Assembly (NCBI GenBank): GCA_964270895.1
Contig: OZ185446.1
DNA length: 64,000 nucleotides
Source: Podarcis filfolensis
Taxonomy: Eukaryota
Strand: one strand, 5' to 3'
Shown: positions 24,701-35,118 of the stretch, in pieces
How the letters are laid out: each line of letters begins with the position of its first letter
Position numbering within the stretch: the stretch's first letter is position 1
Translations under genes and position numbers: made by a program
Notes under the pieces: generated by a model
The model's database searches: none
Told to the model about the DNA's origin: nothing
What the model saw: the letters and a program-made list of their open reading frames with translations, nothing else

Positions 24701-25429
24701 TGGCCCCCTCACACTTCCTGTGTATGCATTGTGAAGGGAAAAGAGCTCTACTGAGCCTATCGGTACCCTTAAATGCAGACACTGTACCTATAGGATGGTC
24801 CATGCCCATTTTATTCTTACCCACCCAGAACCCCAGCATACAACCAGCAACAGAGCTTCAGCATCATGCTTGAGTGACTCGACAGAAATTTAGTTTTAAA
24901 GTCTACATCACTAATATGTTCCCTTTGTATAATTGTCTGTACCAGGGCATTAATGTCAGTCACATGGCAATTTATGGAATTGTTTGTTCTCATGGCCTTA
25001 TGAAATAGATCTCTCCCAGTTTGGTTAAGCTGCGGTGTGCAAATGGGCACTAAAAATATAAACTTCATATAAACCAGAAGAGATGTCAAGTCTGGACTTT
25101 CAATATTGTAATATTCAGTGAGGTTTATGTCTAGGGACACCCCACCCGCCACCATCAATAAATGTAGACTGTAACAGTAGTTTCCATTATTTTGGTATTT
25201 GGCAACCATACTCTGGTCTCTCTTCAGATCGTATTCAGCAACCATTCCGACAAGGGATCAACAAGTTTTGGCCAAGCTGTAAAGCACTCCGGACATGATG
25301 CGAGAGTGGACAGTGGAGAGTGCAAAGACTGATCTCAGGACTGCGTTATTATGGAGGGTATTCCTCCATAGTATTTCTCCATTTCATCTCACACGATGGG
25401 TTCAAAATAACGGCCCAGACAATTTTATG

Positions 25430-25776
25430 GTGCAGGTTGCTGTGGGTTAAACCACAGAGCCTAGGGCTTGCCGATCAGAAGGTCGGCGGTTTGAATCCCT
25501 GCGACGGAGTGAGCTCCCATTGCTCAGTCCCAGCTCCTGCCAACCTAGCAGTTCGAAAGCACACCAGCAGTGCAAGTAGATAAATAGGTACAGCTCCAGC
25601 AAGAAGGTAAACGGCATTTCCGTGCGCTGCTCTGGTTCGCCAGAAGCGGCTCAGTCATGCTGGCCACATGACCTGGAAGCTGTACGCCGGCTCCCTCGGC
25701 CAATAAAGCGAGATGAGCGCCGCAACCCCAGAGTTGGCCACGACTGGACCTAATGGTTAGGGGTCCCTTTATCTTT
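25430..25776 (+). mobile_element. Sauria SINE
   Basis: Family match. Confidence 0.92.
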
Positions 25777-26187
25777 AAAGCAGGTTTCAGCTGATTTTTC
25801 TTCAGAGGCTCTTAGACATGTACTGACTTCTGCAATGCACAAGAACACTGGACAATGGATCTGAGCTATTTACCTGTCAAACGGTCCTGATTTCGCCCGC
25901 CCCCCGAGGTTCCTTGAATTCTTGAGTCATTTGGCAGAGTGAGATCTTGGCTCACAGAACCTACTGGTGCTACAACAAATGCATTCGCCCATAAGGAGTC
26001 ACATGGCTTTATAATAAACCGCTATTTATTTATTTATTTCAAGAATTTAGCAGATTTTTAAATTTCCCAGAGTTATTTTCAGCATGTTTCAATAGAGTTG
26101 GGGGGAGGAGGGTGGGGAGAGGAGAGAAACCAGAAAGAGAAGTTCCATTGTCTATTGCATGTGGATTCCACAATGTTACAAGACACT

Positions 26188-26193
26188 TTTAAT
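26188..26193 (-). terminator. Candidate polyadenylation signal ATTAAA (alternative: overlapping AATAAA x3 at 26025-26038)
   Basis: Minus strand: gaatgtcgatATTAAAagtgtcttgtaacattgtgg, then a U/C-rich tract. TGTACATA lies about 115 nt upstream. Confidence 0.5.
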
Positions 26194-27281
26194 ATCGACA
26201 TTCATTCACAGACATTTAAGGCAACTGGTTAAAGAGATAAAATCGACGATTTCCCCGCCCCCTTCCTTTTATAAAAAAGTGAACATCGAATGAAAATGGC
26301 CTGCGTTATGTACAAACAGATCACGTAAAACTTGTCAGAAGGTCACGTCATGCTAGAAAGGGCGGGACGAAGGACAAGCGATGGTTGGAAGATCGCGGAG
26401 CTTCATGGGGGCGAGAATAACCACCCACGGTTGACTTCTCCTTCGTTCCAACCATTCTCCGTCATCCCTGCCCTTGCTACAACCTGAATACTTTTCCCTG
26501 CAGACTACTCAAGGCTCAGGAGGCCAGAAGCACAGTGGAAAAATACTGCTCAGAGAACACGCTTTGGCAGTAACAACCGCTTTTCATTATTCTGCATTCA
26601 AATACAAAAATTAAAGAACACTTTTGATTGAAGGTAAGCTTTAAATGGACTAGCCAGAATCCATACTTTAAAAAAAATAAATCAAAATGAAAAAGAAAAC
26701 AACCCCTAGGTTTTCTCTTACGTTGCCAGGTTTCCTGGCGGACAAAACATACGGTACTCCGTTAAATAACCTCTGGTGGGCAAGCAAGGTGTGGAAAGGT
26801 GGGCGGTAATTTTGGGAGAAGTGGAATTGTAAGAGGCTCTGCGAACACCGTGCAAAATTGTACTATGGAGTGACAATTCTGTTTTCTGCTGTGCCTGTGA
26901 TAACCTATTTCATGCCCATGGAGGCTGGCTTTTCTTATGTCTAAATGTGTTAAAAGCTGCTTCTTCGATGTTTTTAGTGAAGGACTGTAGATCCTATTTT
27001 TGGCTCCTACTGGCCATTACCCAGGTAAAGGCAGGTAGAGACAAGCTGTTTCTGCACCTGACAGTTTACTGGGCTAAGCACCAAAGAGGGTTTTTCTCCC
27101 CTCCTTTTTCCTTTTGGACAATTCCTGTCCAGTATGGCTAATCTGAGCAACTATAGATTTCAAGTTGGTGCAAAGGGAAAAAAAAGTGGCCTCAGATATC
27201 GATCGGGAAGGAAAAGAGCAGAGAGGCAAATCATCAAAATGGGATTGTGGTGCTGGGTTTGTCGTCTTTGGAGCTTCAAGT

Positions 27282-27282
<1 letters not shown>

Positions 27283-27358
<76 letters not shown>
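27283..27358. repeat. Compound (GT)n(GA)n microsatellite within the putative 3' UTR
   Basis: Directly visible. Confidence 0.97.
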
Positions 27359-27360
<2 letters not shown>

Positions 27361-27805
27361 TGAGAGTATAAAAGATAGAATCCTTTGCTATTAAAAAAAT
27401 TATCTCTCTGTGGATAAGACTGACATGCTTTACATGAACAAATTAGGGGCAGGGGCGATAGAAAATGCAAGAAGCATAAAAGCCCAAGCTATGGAGAACA
27501 CTTTGAGAGTCTTAACACAAATACTCCAATTTCAAACAATTGGGTAACTCCAACATGTACGTGATATAGGTAACCTCAGTTCTGTTAGTCTGAGTTTTTC
27601 TGCAGAGGGATGATAATCTGAAATCTCATCTAGTAAGTGGGGAAAATGAAATGAAATAAAATAAAATAGAGAAAGGTCGTGGTAAGCATAGAATTGTCGT
27701 TTTTGTAATTCTCAAAGCAGGGAAAGTGAGTTTTTAAAAATCCTACAATGAAGCACATGAGAACACAACCCCAGTTTGAAAGAGTTTTGCAGGCCACGTT
27801 TGATT

Positions 27806-27957
27806 TAGCTAGCCTATATAGCTCAGCCAGTAGAGCATGAGATTCATAATCTCAGGGTTGTGGGCCTCAGATAGGGCAAGAGATTCCTACATTGCAGGTG
27901 GTTGGACTAGACAATCCTCATGGTCCCTTCCAACTCTACAATTCTATGATTCTATGA
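27806..27957 (+). mobile_element. tRNA-headed SINE with CR1-like tail, antisense within the putative CTDSPL 3' UTR
   Basis: tagctcagccagtagagcatgagattcataatctcagggttgtggg head; gttggactag...attctatgattctatga tail. Confidence 0.65.
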
Positions 27958-29327
27958 TATATAATACTGTTTGATACACAAAGCTAGCACTTCATTTGTT
28001 GCCCATGTTTTGCAGCTTACAGAAAAAGGTTTTCAGTAGCACAGGCACAGTGGCGAAGAACAGTATAACAGCCAGGGTTCAGCTCTGTTTGGTGAACCTT
28101 CAGTAGCAGCAGTTAAGAAAAACAAAATATACAGGGCACAAAAAGGGGGGGAGACTGTCTCCTACACACTGACACCCCATTGTGACAGGAATGGGAGTTG
28201 TGCTCTTGTGTGATCTCCTGCACTCCTTTCACTTGGGGGGGGGGGCTTGGGCCCACACTTCTTAACAGCTCAATTTGCATCTTTCGGTAAGGAAGGAATT
28301 CAAGCTTAATAAATAAACCCCCATTTGTTGTCAATGCTTATCGGTAGCTCACCGCTAACAGCATCTGAAACACCTGGCAGTTGTGCGTTAGCAAAGACAG
28401 TACAAGACCCTCTCTCTTTCCCCACCTCTTGAAGGTGCTGAAGAACTCCTTGCCACTGTGTGTTTATCCCATTCCGTTTTGTCGTATGCAGTCAAAAAAT
28501 GCAGAGATACCCTAAGCTATGTGCAAAACATGACTCAAATTAGTAAGACAGTTGCGTCACCAACCTATATATAACCCAGATGACTTTCTCCTCGTATAGA
28601 TTCCTGAACCTTTTCAAACGTGACACAAGCGCAGCAAACGCAACCCCAATGTCACCATCTTGTAGGCAGGACCTTCCTCGCGGCCTCTTTCAATTTTTGC
28701 CTTCGTCTCCATATATTACAGTGCTCTATAAAAAGATTTCCAACTTTCTCTCTTCTTCTTAAAGCATTTAAACAATACAAGACTAAAAGATGCCTGGAAA
28801 TACGCCTTAATACAAAAATGTCTCTTTTTTTAAAATCTGAAAACAACATTCAAAAAGGCACTTCATCGTGGAAGAAAGACAAGTTCAGAGTCAGGTCAAC
28901 TGCTCTTATAAGCAGGGCGGGGTGGGAAAAATGGTCTGCATAGCAGGAGGGTTTGGGTGGGGGAAAGGGTCCAGTCGACTTGCTGAAACATCAAGCTTTC
29001 AATATATATATATTTTTGGCATGTTTTTAAGAAAAAAAGTGGATCCTGTAAATTGTGTCCGTTTATGAAATTCATTAAAACAGTCCCCATTCAAAATGGC
29101 TTCTTTTTAATTTTCTTCCTCTCCAAGTAGTCTCGTCGCTTTGACGGCATCAATATTCCCATGATTTAAGTCGCATCGATTCATGATTGTCCTTCATGCA
29201 CAGCAAGTTAAGAGGGAGATCGAGAGCATCGTGACTCTTGACAACTCGAGCTGCCTCTCTGAGGTGCTGCGCTGGGATTGGCTGTCCTGGAGCGGCTACG
29301 GTCAAGCAGAGGCGTGGCCTTGCAGGG

Positions 29328-29453
29328 CTACCTGTTGCAGAGTTTATGGAGCATAGTGTAGACTTCCTCCTCTTTGCTTAGTCCTTCGAAGAAAGGAATG
29401 AGGTCTAACAATTCCGTGTCTGTCATGTCATCGAACCACGACTGCACAGGCAC
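29328..29453 (-). CDS. CTDSPL: CTDSPL exon 8 coding part (126 nt incl. TAG): [41 protein letters not shown]
   Basis: gtttcag|GTGCCT...AACAGGTAG. C-terminus matches CTDSPL (...LHRLCNR). With a 79-nt exon 1 outside the window the CDS would total 831 nt (276 aa). Confidence 0.97.
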   Translation of the reverse strand: MPVQSWFDDMTDTELLDLIPFFEGLSKEEEVYTMLHKLCNR

Positions 29454-29591
29454 CTGAAACAAACAAACAAACAAACAAACAAACAAACAGTGTCACGTTA
29501 AACACGTTCGTTGAAAACAAATCAGCTACCCTCATCCCCAAAGGAAGTGTCTTGCACCAAAACTTTAATTCAAGGTATTTTATATATGGCA

Positions 29592-29943
29592 TAAAGGTAA
29601 AGGTACCCCTGACCGTTAGGTCCAGTTGCGGACGACTCTGGGGTTGCGCACTCATCTCACTCTATAGGCCAAGGGAGCTGGCGTTTGTCCACAGACAGCA
29701 TGTGACCAGCATGACTAAGCCACTTCTGGTGAACCAGAGCAGCGCACAGAAACGCCATTTACCTTCACGCTGCAGCGGTACCTATTTATCTACTTGCACT
29801 TTGACGTGCTTTTGAACTGCTAGGTTGGCAGGAGCAGGGACTGAGCGACGGGAGCTCACCCTGTCGCAGGGATTTGAACCGCCGACCTTCTGATTGGCAA
29901 GCCCTAGGCTCTGTGGTTTAGACCACGGTGCCACCCGCGTCCC
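29592..29943 (-). mobile_element. Sauria SINE in intron 7 (gene-sense), TSD atata(t/c)ggcataa
   Basis: Reverse-complement family match; TSD at 29582-29594 and 29944-29956 with one CpG-type mismatch. Confidence 0.92.
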
Positions 29944-30149
29944 ATATACGGCATAATGGTTAGAATAATTGTGCAGAGAATAAATTGGGTACAAAATCCA
30001 TCATAAAATGGGACTTAAACCAAAACACTACTTTAAGATGCCTGCTGAAACTCATCAAGATGTCATGTGCCTGAAACTCATCAAAATCTGTGTGCCAGTC
30101 TGTTTAATCTGAGTTGGAGGGAGTTCCACAGGCTTTTGGCCTGCAACAC

Positions 30150-30800
30150 CGAACACATATCCACTAGTAGTTATGAACTGTGCATCTGAGCCACGGGGTA
30201 GCTGGGTGGGGGGACAGAGACCATCAACACAGACTCCCCAGACTCTATGGGATCAGGCAGGGATATATAATTCAGTGGGTAAAGAACTCTTACTGGCCAC
30301 ATCAGCATGCCATGTCAGCGACTGGTAGGACGCTGATGATTGTGCACCAGGGTAACGGGAGATGGCATCTGACTCGGGCAGGGGGGCAGAAGTTTGTGGG
30401 AACCTGTACCAGCCTGGAAGGAAGAATCATAGGTAGGAGAAGCTTCAGATCTGGAGGAAGAGGAGGAAGAGGCAGGCCAGGCTAGTGAAGGGCCGGGTGC
30501 TTTCCCACCCTCCTCTGTACCACTCTCTCCCAGAAGCAGTAGAGAACTGAAGTGGGAAGAGCTGAAGCAGCTTCCGTTCCGGCATAGTCTCTGGCTATGT
30601 CAGGGGGAGGTACATAAACGGATGGAGGGGGAGTGGTCCCCAGTTGCTGCAACTGCTCCATAGAGCACGGAGCTGGGAACAACTTTCTGGATGCTAGACA
30701 GGTGCGCGCAGGTCTCCAGAGCTGAGGAAGCAACGGTGTTATCGTTGACAATGAAGAGTTAAGTCTCTGCTGTGTGCACTTCTGTGGCTGCGAAGCTCCC
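30150..30800. mobile_element. Possible decayed solo LTR
   Basis: Purine-rich gaggaagaggaggaagaggcaggcc tracts resemble lacertid LTR families; no termini identified. Confidence 0.3.
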
Positions 30801-32084
30801 TTGGCAAATGCTAAGCCAAACTGGAGCACTGGATGAGTGCACTGGCTCCCAGGGAAGAGATTGCAGCCGCTTTGCTGCTCCACGGGCATTATGGGACCAT
30901 GTGGTGCAGCAGCAATGCTGAGGTTTGCAACAGGTCATGGTTAAGGAGAAGAGACCTGAAGAACCACGATCCCAGGTTTGGACAACCCACTAAGCCACGT
31001 AGTAGTAAGCATCGCTACTGCCCCACATCCATGGAGGAGCAAAGCGGCTGTAAGCTTTTTGCTGGCTTGTTTGTGCTGTTGCAGTAAGCTATACTCCGAG
31101 TTCACTCTAACAGGCAAACTTGGCCATTGTGAAATTGCATGCCAATACAAACTCGATTATCTCTGGTGCTTCTGCAGGTGGCTCTGTACTGCTAATTCTC
31201 TCCGACATATACAGATAACTGTAAGGTTGTGAAAAGCTGTTGTCCTCCTTCTCCCTCTCTGTCACTTTCAGAGTTCATTCACAGCTCCACAAAAACAAAC
31301 ATTTGGTATCATTCAGATTTGCCCCCCCCCCCCCCGTTGAACATTTGGTACCTTATGTAAGATAACGTCTAGCTGCTCTAAAATTAAACAACCAATGAAG
31401 AATTTGAAAATACCAGCTTTCAAATGGTCCCGAAGAGCTGAACAGTTGGAAGAGTAAAAAACCTGTAATATTGTTAAGAACTCTATGCATGTTCCTTCGG
31501 CTCTCAAGTTTTCCCCAATTTTAAGGGGGTGAGTAAACAGGAGCCCCTAAAACCCAGGTGCCCAGTTGCCATCAGTGACTAAAACACAAAAAAGGGCTCA
31601 GCAGCTCTGAAATAGGCTGCTGAAAAGAGCCGCAGCTTCTTCTCCTGCCCCCTCTTCCCATTCCCATTCACTTCCAGGATTCCTTAAACTATGGCAGAAC
31701 TTTGGAGCAACTTAATTATAGCGTGAGGTAGCAGAAAATAATAAAAGAATGTGGCCATGATCCTCTGCATAAGCAAGGCAGAGAGGACAGGGAGAGGAGA
31801 ATGCCCAACGAGAGAAGGATCCTCTCTCCTTACTGGCACACTGCGGAGTAATAATCCTTGTATCCTTGATTTAAATTCGCCACGAACTCATGCAGATCGT
31901 GGTTTGGATATCTGGGATTAATGAGGAGACGGCTGCTCTCCCCACAAGCCCTCTGGGAGCCACATGCCAGGGGTGGGTGTAGCCAAAAGCGGGTGCGGCC
32001 ACCCCAAATATGCAGGCCTCTCAAATCTGTGCGGATCAACTGATGACTGTTGATGGGGTTGTCACCCCTTTTCCACTCAAAAGA

Positions 32085-32225
32085 AAATGGGGAGAGTGTT
32101 GCTGTGCTCAGGCCCTGTTTTGGGGTTTCCTGCACAGCATCTGGTTGGCTACGGTGAGAAGAGGATGCTGGACTAGGTATTCCTTTGACCTGACACAGTG
32201 GGCCCTTCTTTTGTTCTTATGCATC
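32085..32225 (+). mobile_element. CR1-type 3' tail (ttcttatg-ending subfamily)
   Basis: catctggttggctac...ggatgctggactag...ttcttatg; sisters at 34875-35118 and 45705-45840. Confidence 0.65.
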
Positions 32226-32365
32226 CCCATTGGGGCACTGGGTTTGTTCTTCCCAGCACTATTAAATTATAAAATTTCATTTTGTTTTCATTACCAAAAT
32301 CAATTGGCCTAAAATGCTCCCAGTGCTTTATATGTACAGGGTGCTCTCTCTCTCTCTCTGTATAC

Positions 32366-32366
<1 letters not shown>

Positions 32367-32411
<45 letters not shown>
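32367..32411. repeat. (AC)n microsatellite
   Basis: Directly visible. Confidence 0.97.
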
Positions 32412-32413
<2 letters not shown>

Positions 32414-32569
32414 AGGTTGTCTGCACTGAAGATCCAGGAAAAAGAAAACAAAAAACCCACTTTCCTGGTCAACACCATGGCATCTTTCAAGCAAGCTCAG
32501 AAACAGAATGCAATGAGTTTCTGTCACAAACAAAAGAGTTGCCCCTCTCTTGCCTCTTAACACCTAAGC

Positions 32570-32821
32570 CAAGGGTTAGCAAACTTTATCAGCAGGGGGC
32601 CAGTCCACCATCCCTCAGACCTTGTGGAGGGCCGGACTATTTTTTTTGGGGGGGGGGATGAACGATTTCCTATGCCCCACAAATAACCCAGAGATGCATT
32701 TTGAATAAAAGGACACATTCTACTCATGTAAAAACACGCTGATTCCTGCACCGTCTGCGGGCCGGATTGAGAAGGCGATTGGGCCAGATCCGGCCCCCCG
32801 GCCTTAGTTTGCCTACCCATG
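32570..32821. mobile_element. hAT (Charlie-like) MITE with perfect 8-bp TSD acctaagc
   Basis: TIRs caagggttagcaaact / agtttgcctacccatg; TSD at 32562-32569 and 32822-32829. Confidence 0.92.
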
Positions 32822-32993
32822 ACCTAAGCATTTGGTAGCATTTGCTCCTTAGGCGTTGATGCTGCTGCCGTGCTCCATTTTACAGTAGCGAGAGCAAGCA
32901 CTTGTGCATCTTAGCAAGCAGCAAATGCCGGAATAAACAAACCCAGAGACAAAAGAATTGACTCCCGTCTATTGCAAAAGTGCTAGTACTTAC

Positions 32994-33179
32994 TGCATTT
33001 TCAGGATGGAAGATGTAAGACGCAGGGGAGTTGTCCACTATAATAACTTTGCTCAGCTCCCGCCCAAGCCGGCTTAGATCCTTCACGTAATTCCCTCTGT
33101 GGAAAACGCAGGATTCTCTGAAGAGCCGAGCTCTGAAGACGCCCCAGCGATCCAGCAAGTCGGCCACAGGGTCTGCATA
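32994..33179 (-). CDS. CTDSPL: CTDSPL exon 7 (186 nt): [62 protein letters not shown]
   Basis: Acceptor tttaatcaaag, donor GCA|gtaagt. Contains the YVKDL and DNSP motifs of the family. Confidence 0.98.
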
Positions 33180-33502
33180 CTTTGATTAAAGGAAGGAAGC
33201 GGGAGAAGAGCAAGTGAAGACATATGTAACCCTGTGAAAACCAAGCAACTCTTTTCGACGTAGATGTTGAATGAGCCAAAAGGAAGAAGAGGAGACATGG
33301 CTTTGATGAGACTCTTGGCAGATGCCTGCGACATGAAGGTGCAACAGGAATGGGGAGCAATCCTGACCCTCCCTCTTTGTGGTGCTCTGCACATGAGCCA
33401 AGCACCTTCCTCCAGAGTAAACGTTCACAAAAGGTGCTGTGGATATCCTTTAATACAGTGACCTTCCCTCAACAGAAGGACAAGTGACTGCCCCAATCTT
33501 TC

Positions 33503-33504
<2 letters not shown>

Positions 33505-33549
<45 letters not shown>
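33505..33549. repeat. (AC)n microsatellite
   Basis: Directly visible. Confidence 0.97.
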
Positions 33550-33551
<2 letters not shown>

Positions 33552-34337
33552 TTGTTCTATGTGTTAACAATCATTTAATATACTTTTTATGTCTCAACAC
33601 AGTCAGGGCAGTCAAAGGCAAGGTGCACACAGCATCTGCGACAGACAAGTTATTTAAAAATTTACTTCTGAGAGATAGTATACGGTAGGCCCATTTAAAA
33701 ACATCCCTAAGGGCCATGTTAGATTACGAAAGAGGCTCTGAGGCGAACGAAAACACTCCCGACTCCATCCTTAAGGCTAAAGTTCACCAAATGGCTTTGT
33801 CAAAGGATTCCCACAGGGGAATACTGAGGGAAATAAGCTGCACAAATTGAAAGTGCGCCGAGGATCTTTCAGGAGAACCGTGAAGAAGGACAGAGGAGCT
33901 GCCCACATGCTTTTCTCCAGTGAAATGGCAGGGCGGAATAGCCAAGAGCTGCCCATGTTGCCAGTTTCATTTCCAATTCAAGGTGCTCCCATTAACTGTT
34001 CAGAACAATAAGAAAGTCAGGTCCCAAATACCTGAAAGTCACCCCCCTGGTCCTTCCCTGCAGCCTCCCTGGATGTTAAGATTGGCTGAGGGAGCCCTAT
34101 TGGTTGTTCCACTGCCCTCAGAAGCTTGGGGGTGGTGCCCGATCCAGGAAGAGGCCATTCTCTGCTGCAACCCCTAAGCACTCCTTCCCTGCAGAGATGT
34201 GTAAGCTATCTTCAATACACAGCTTTGGGCAATCGCTGAAGACACACCTCTGTATCTTGGATTCTGACACCTTAGAGGCATGTTTTTAGGACCCACCTGA
34301 TTCCTGGGATTGCAAATTGTTTCAAACCATTTTTAAC

Positions 34338-34745
34338 AGTATACCTGAAGGAGCCTAGTATACCTGAAGGAGCGTCTCCACCCCCATCATTCTGCCCGGA
34401 TGCTGAGGTCCAGTGCCGAGGGCCTTCTGGCGGTTCCCTCACTGCGAGAAGCAAAGCTACAGGGAACCAGGCAGAGGGCCTTCTCGGTGGTGGCGCCCGC
34501 CCTGTGGAACGCCCTCCCATCAGATGTCAAAGAGATAAACAACTACCTGACATTTAGAAGACATCTGAAGGCAGCCCTGTTCAGGGAAGTTTTTAATGTG
34601 TGACATTTTAATGTATTTTTAATCTTTGTTGGAAGCCGCCAAGGGTGGCTGGGGAGACCCAGCCAGATGGGCGGGGTACAAATAATAAACTATTATTATT
34701 ATTATTACTATCATCATCATCATCATCATCATTATTATTATTTGT
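34338..34745 (+). mobile_element. L2 LINE 3' fragment with compound (ATT)n(ATC)n tail
   Basis: LRSSAEGLLAVPSLREAKLQGTRQRAFSV...REVFNV. Confidence 0.92.
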
Positions 34746-34874
34746 CATATCCTGCCCTGGGACCTTTGGTAAACAATGATGCTGGTAAAGATGATGTTCT
34801 CTCGATTCCAGGTTGCTCCTGGTTAAAAGGGCTCCAGGGAGAATATATCTGTCTTTTGAGAGCCACTGCTGGTT

Positions 34875-35118
34875 CATGGAGAAGAAGGCTATCGATGGCT
34901 ACTATAGCCATGATGGCTATGCTCTGCTTCCACAGTTAGAGGCAGCCAATGCTTCTGAATAGCACTTGCTGGAAATCACAGGAGGGGAAAGAGCTCTTGT
35001 ACTCGGGTCCTGCTTGTGGGTTTCTCAAAGGCAGCTGGTTGGCCACGGTGAGAACATGATGCTGGACCAGGTGGGCCATTGGTGTGATCCAGCAGTGCCC
35101 TTCCTGTGGCCTTATGTT
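34875..35118 (+). mobile_element. CR1-type 3' UTR fragment
   Basis: tagccatgatggctatgctctgc...gatgctggacc...cttatgttc. Confidence 0.7.

Larger units (their letters stand above)
26165..29327 (-). other. CTDSPL: Probable CTDSPL 3' UTR (~3.2 kb)
   Basis: Follows the stop codon. No minus-strand AATAAA found until 26025-26038; ATTAAA at 26188-26193 has an upstream UGUA and downstream pyrimidine-rich sequence. The end point is inferred. Confidence 0.55.
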
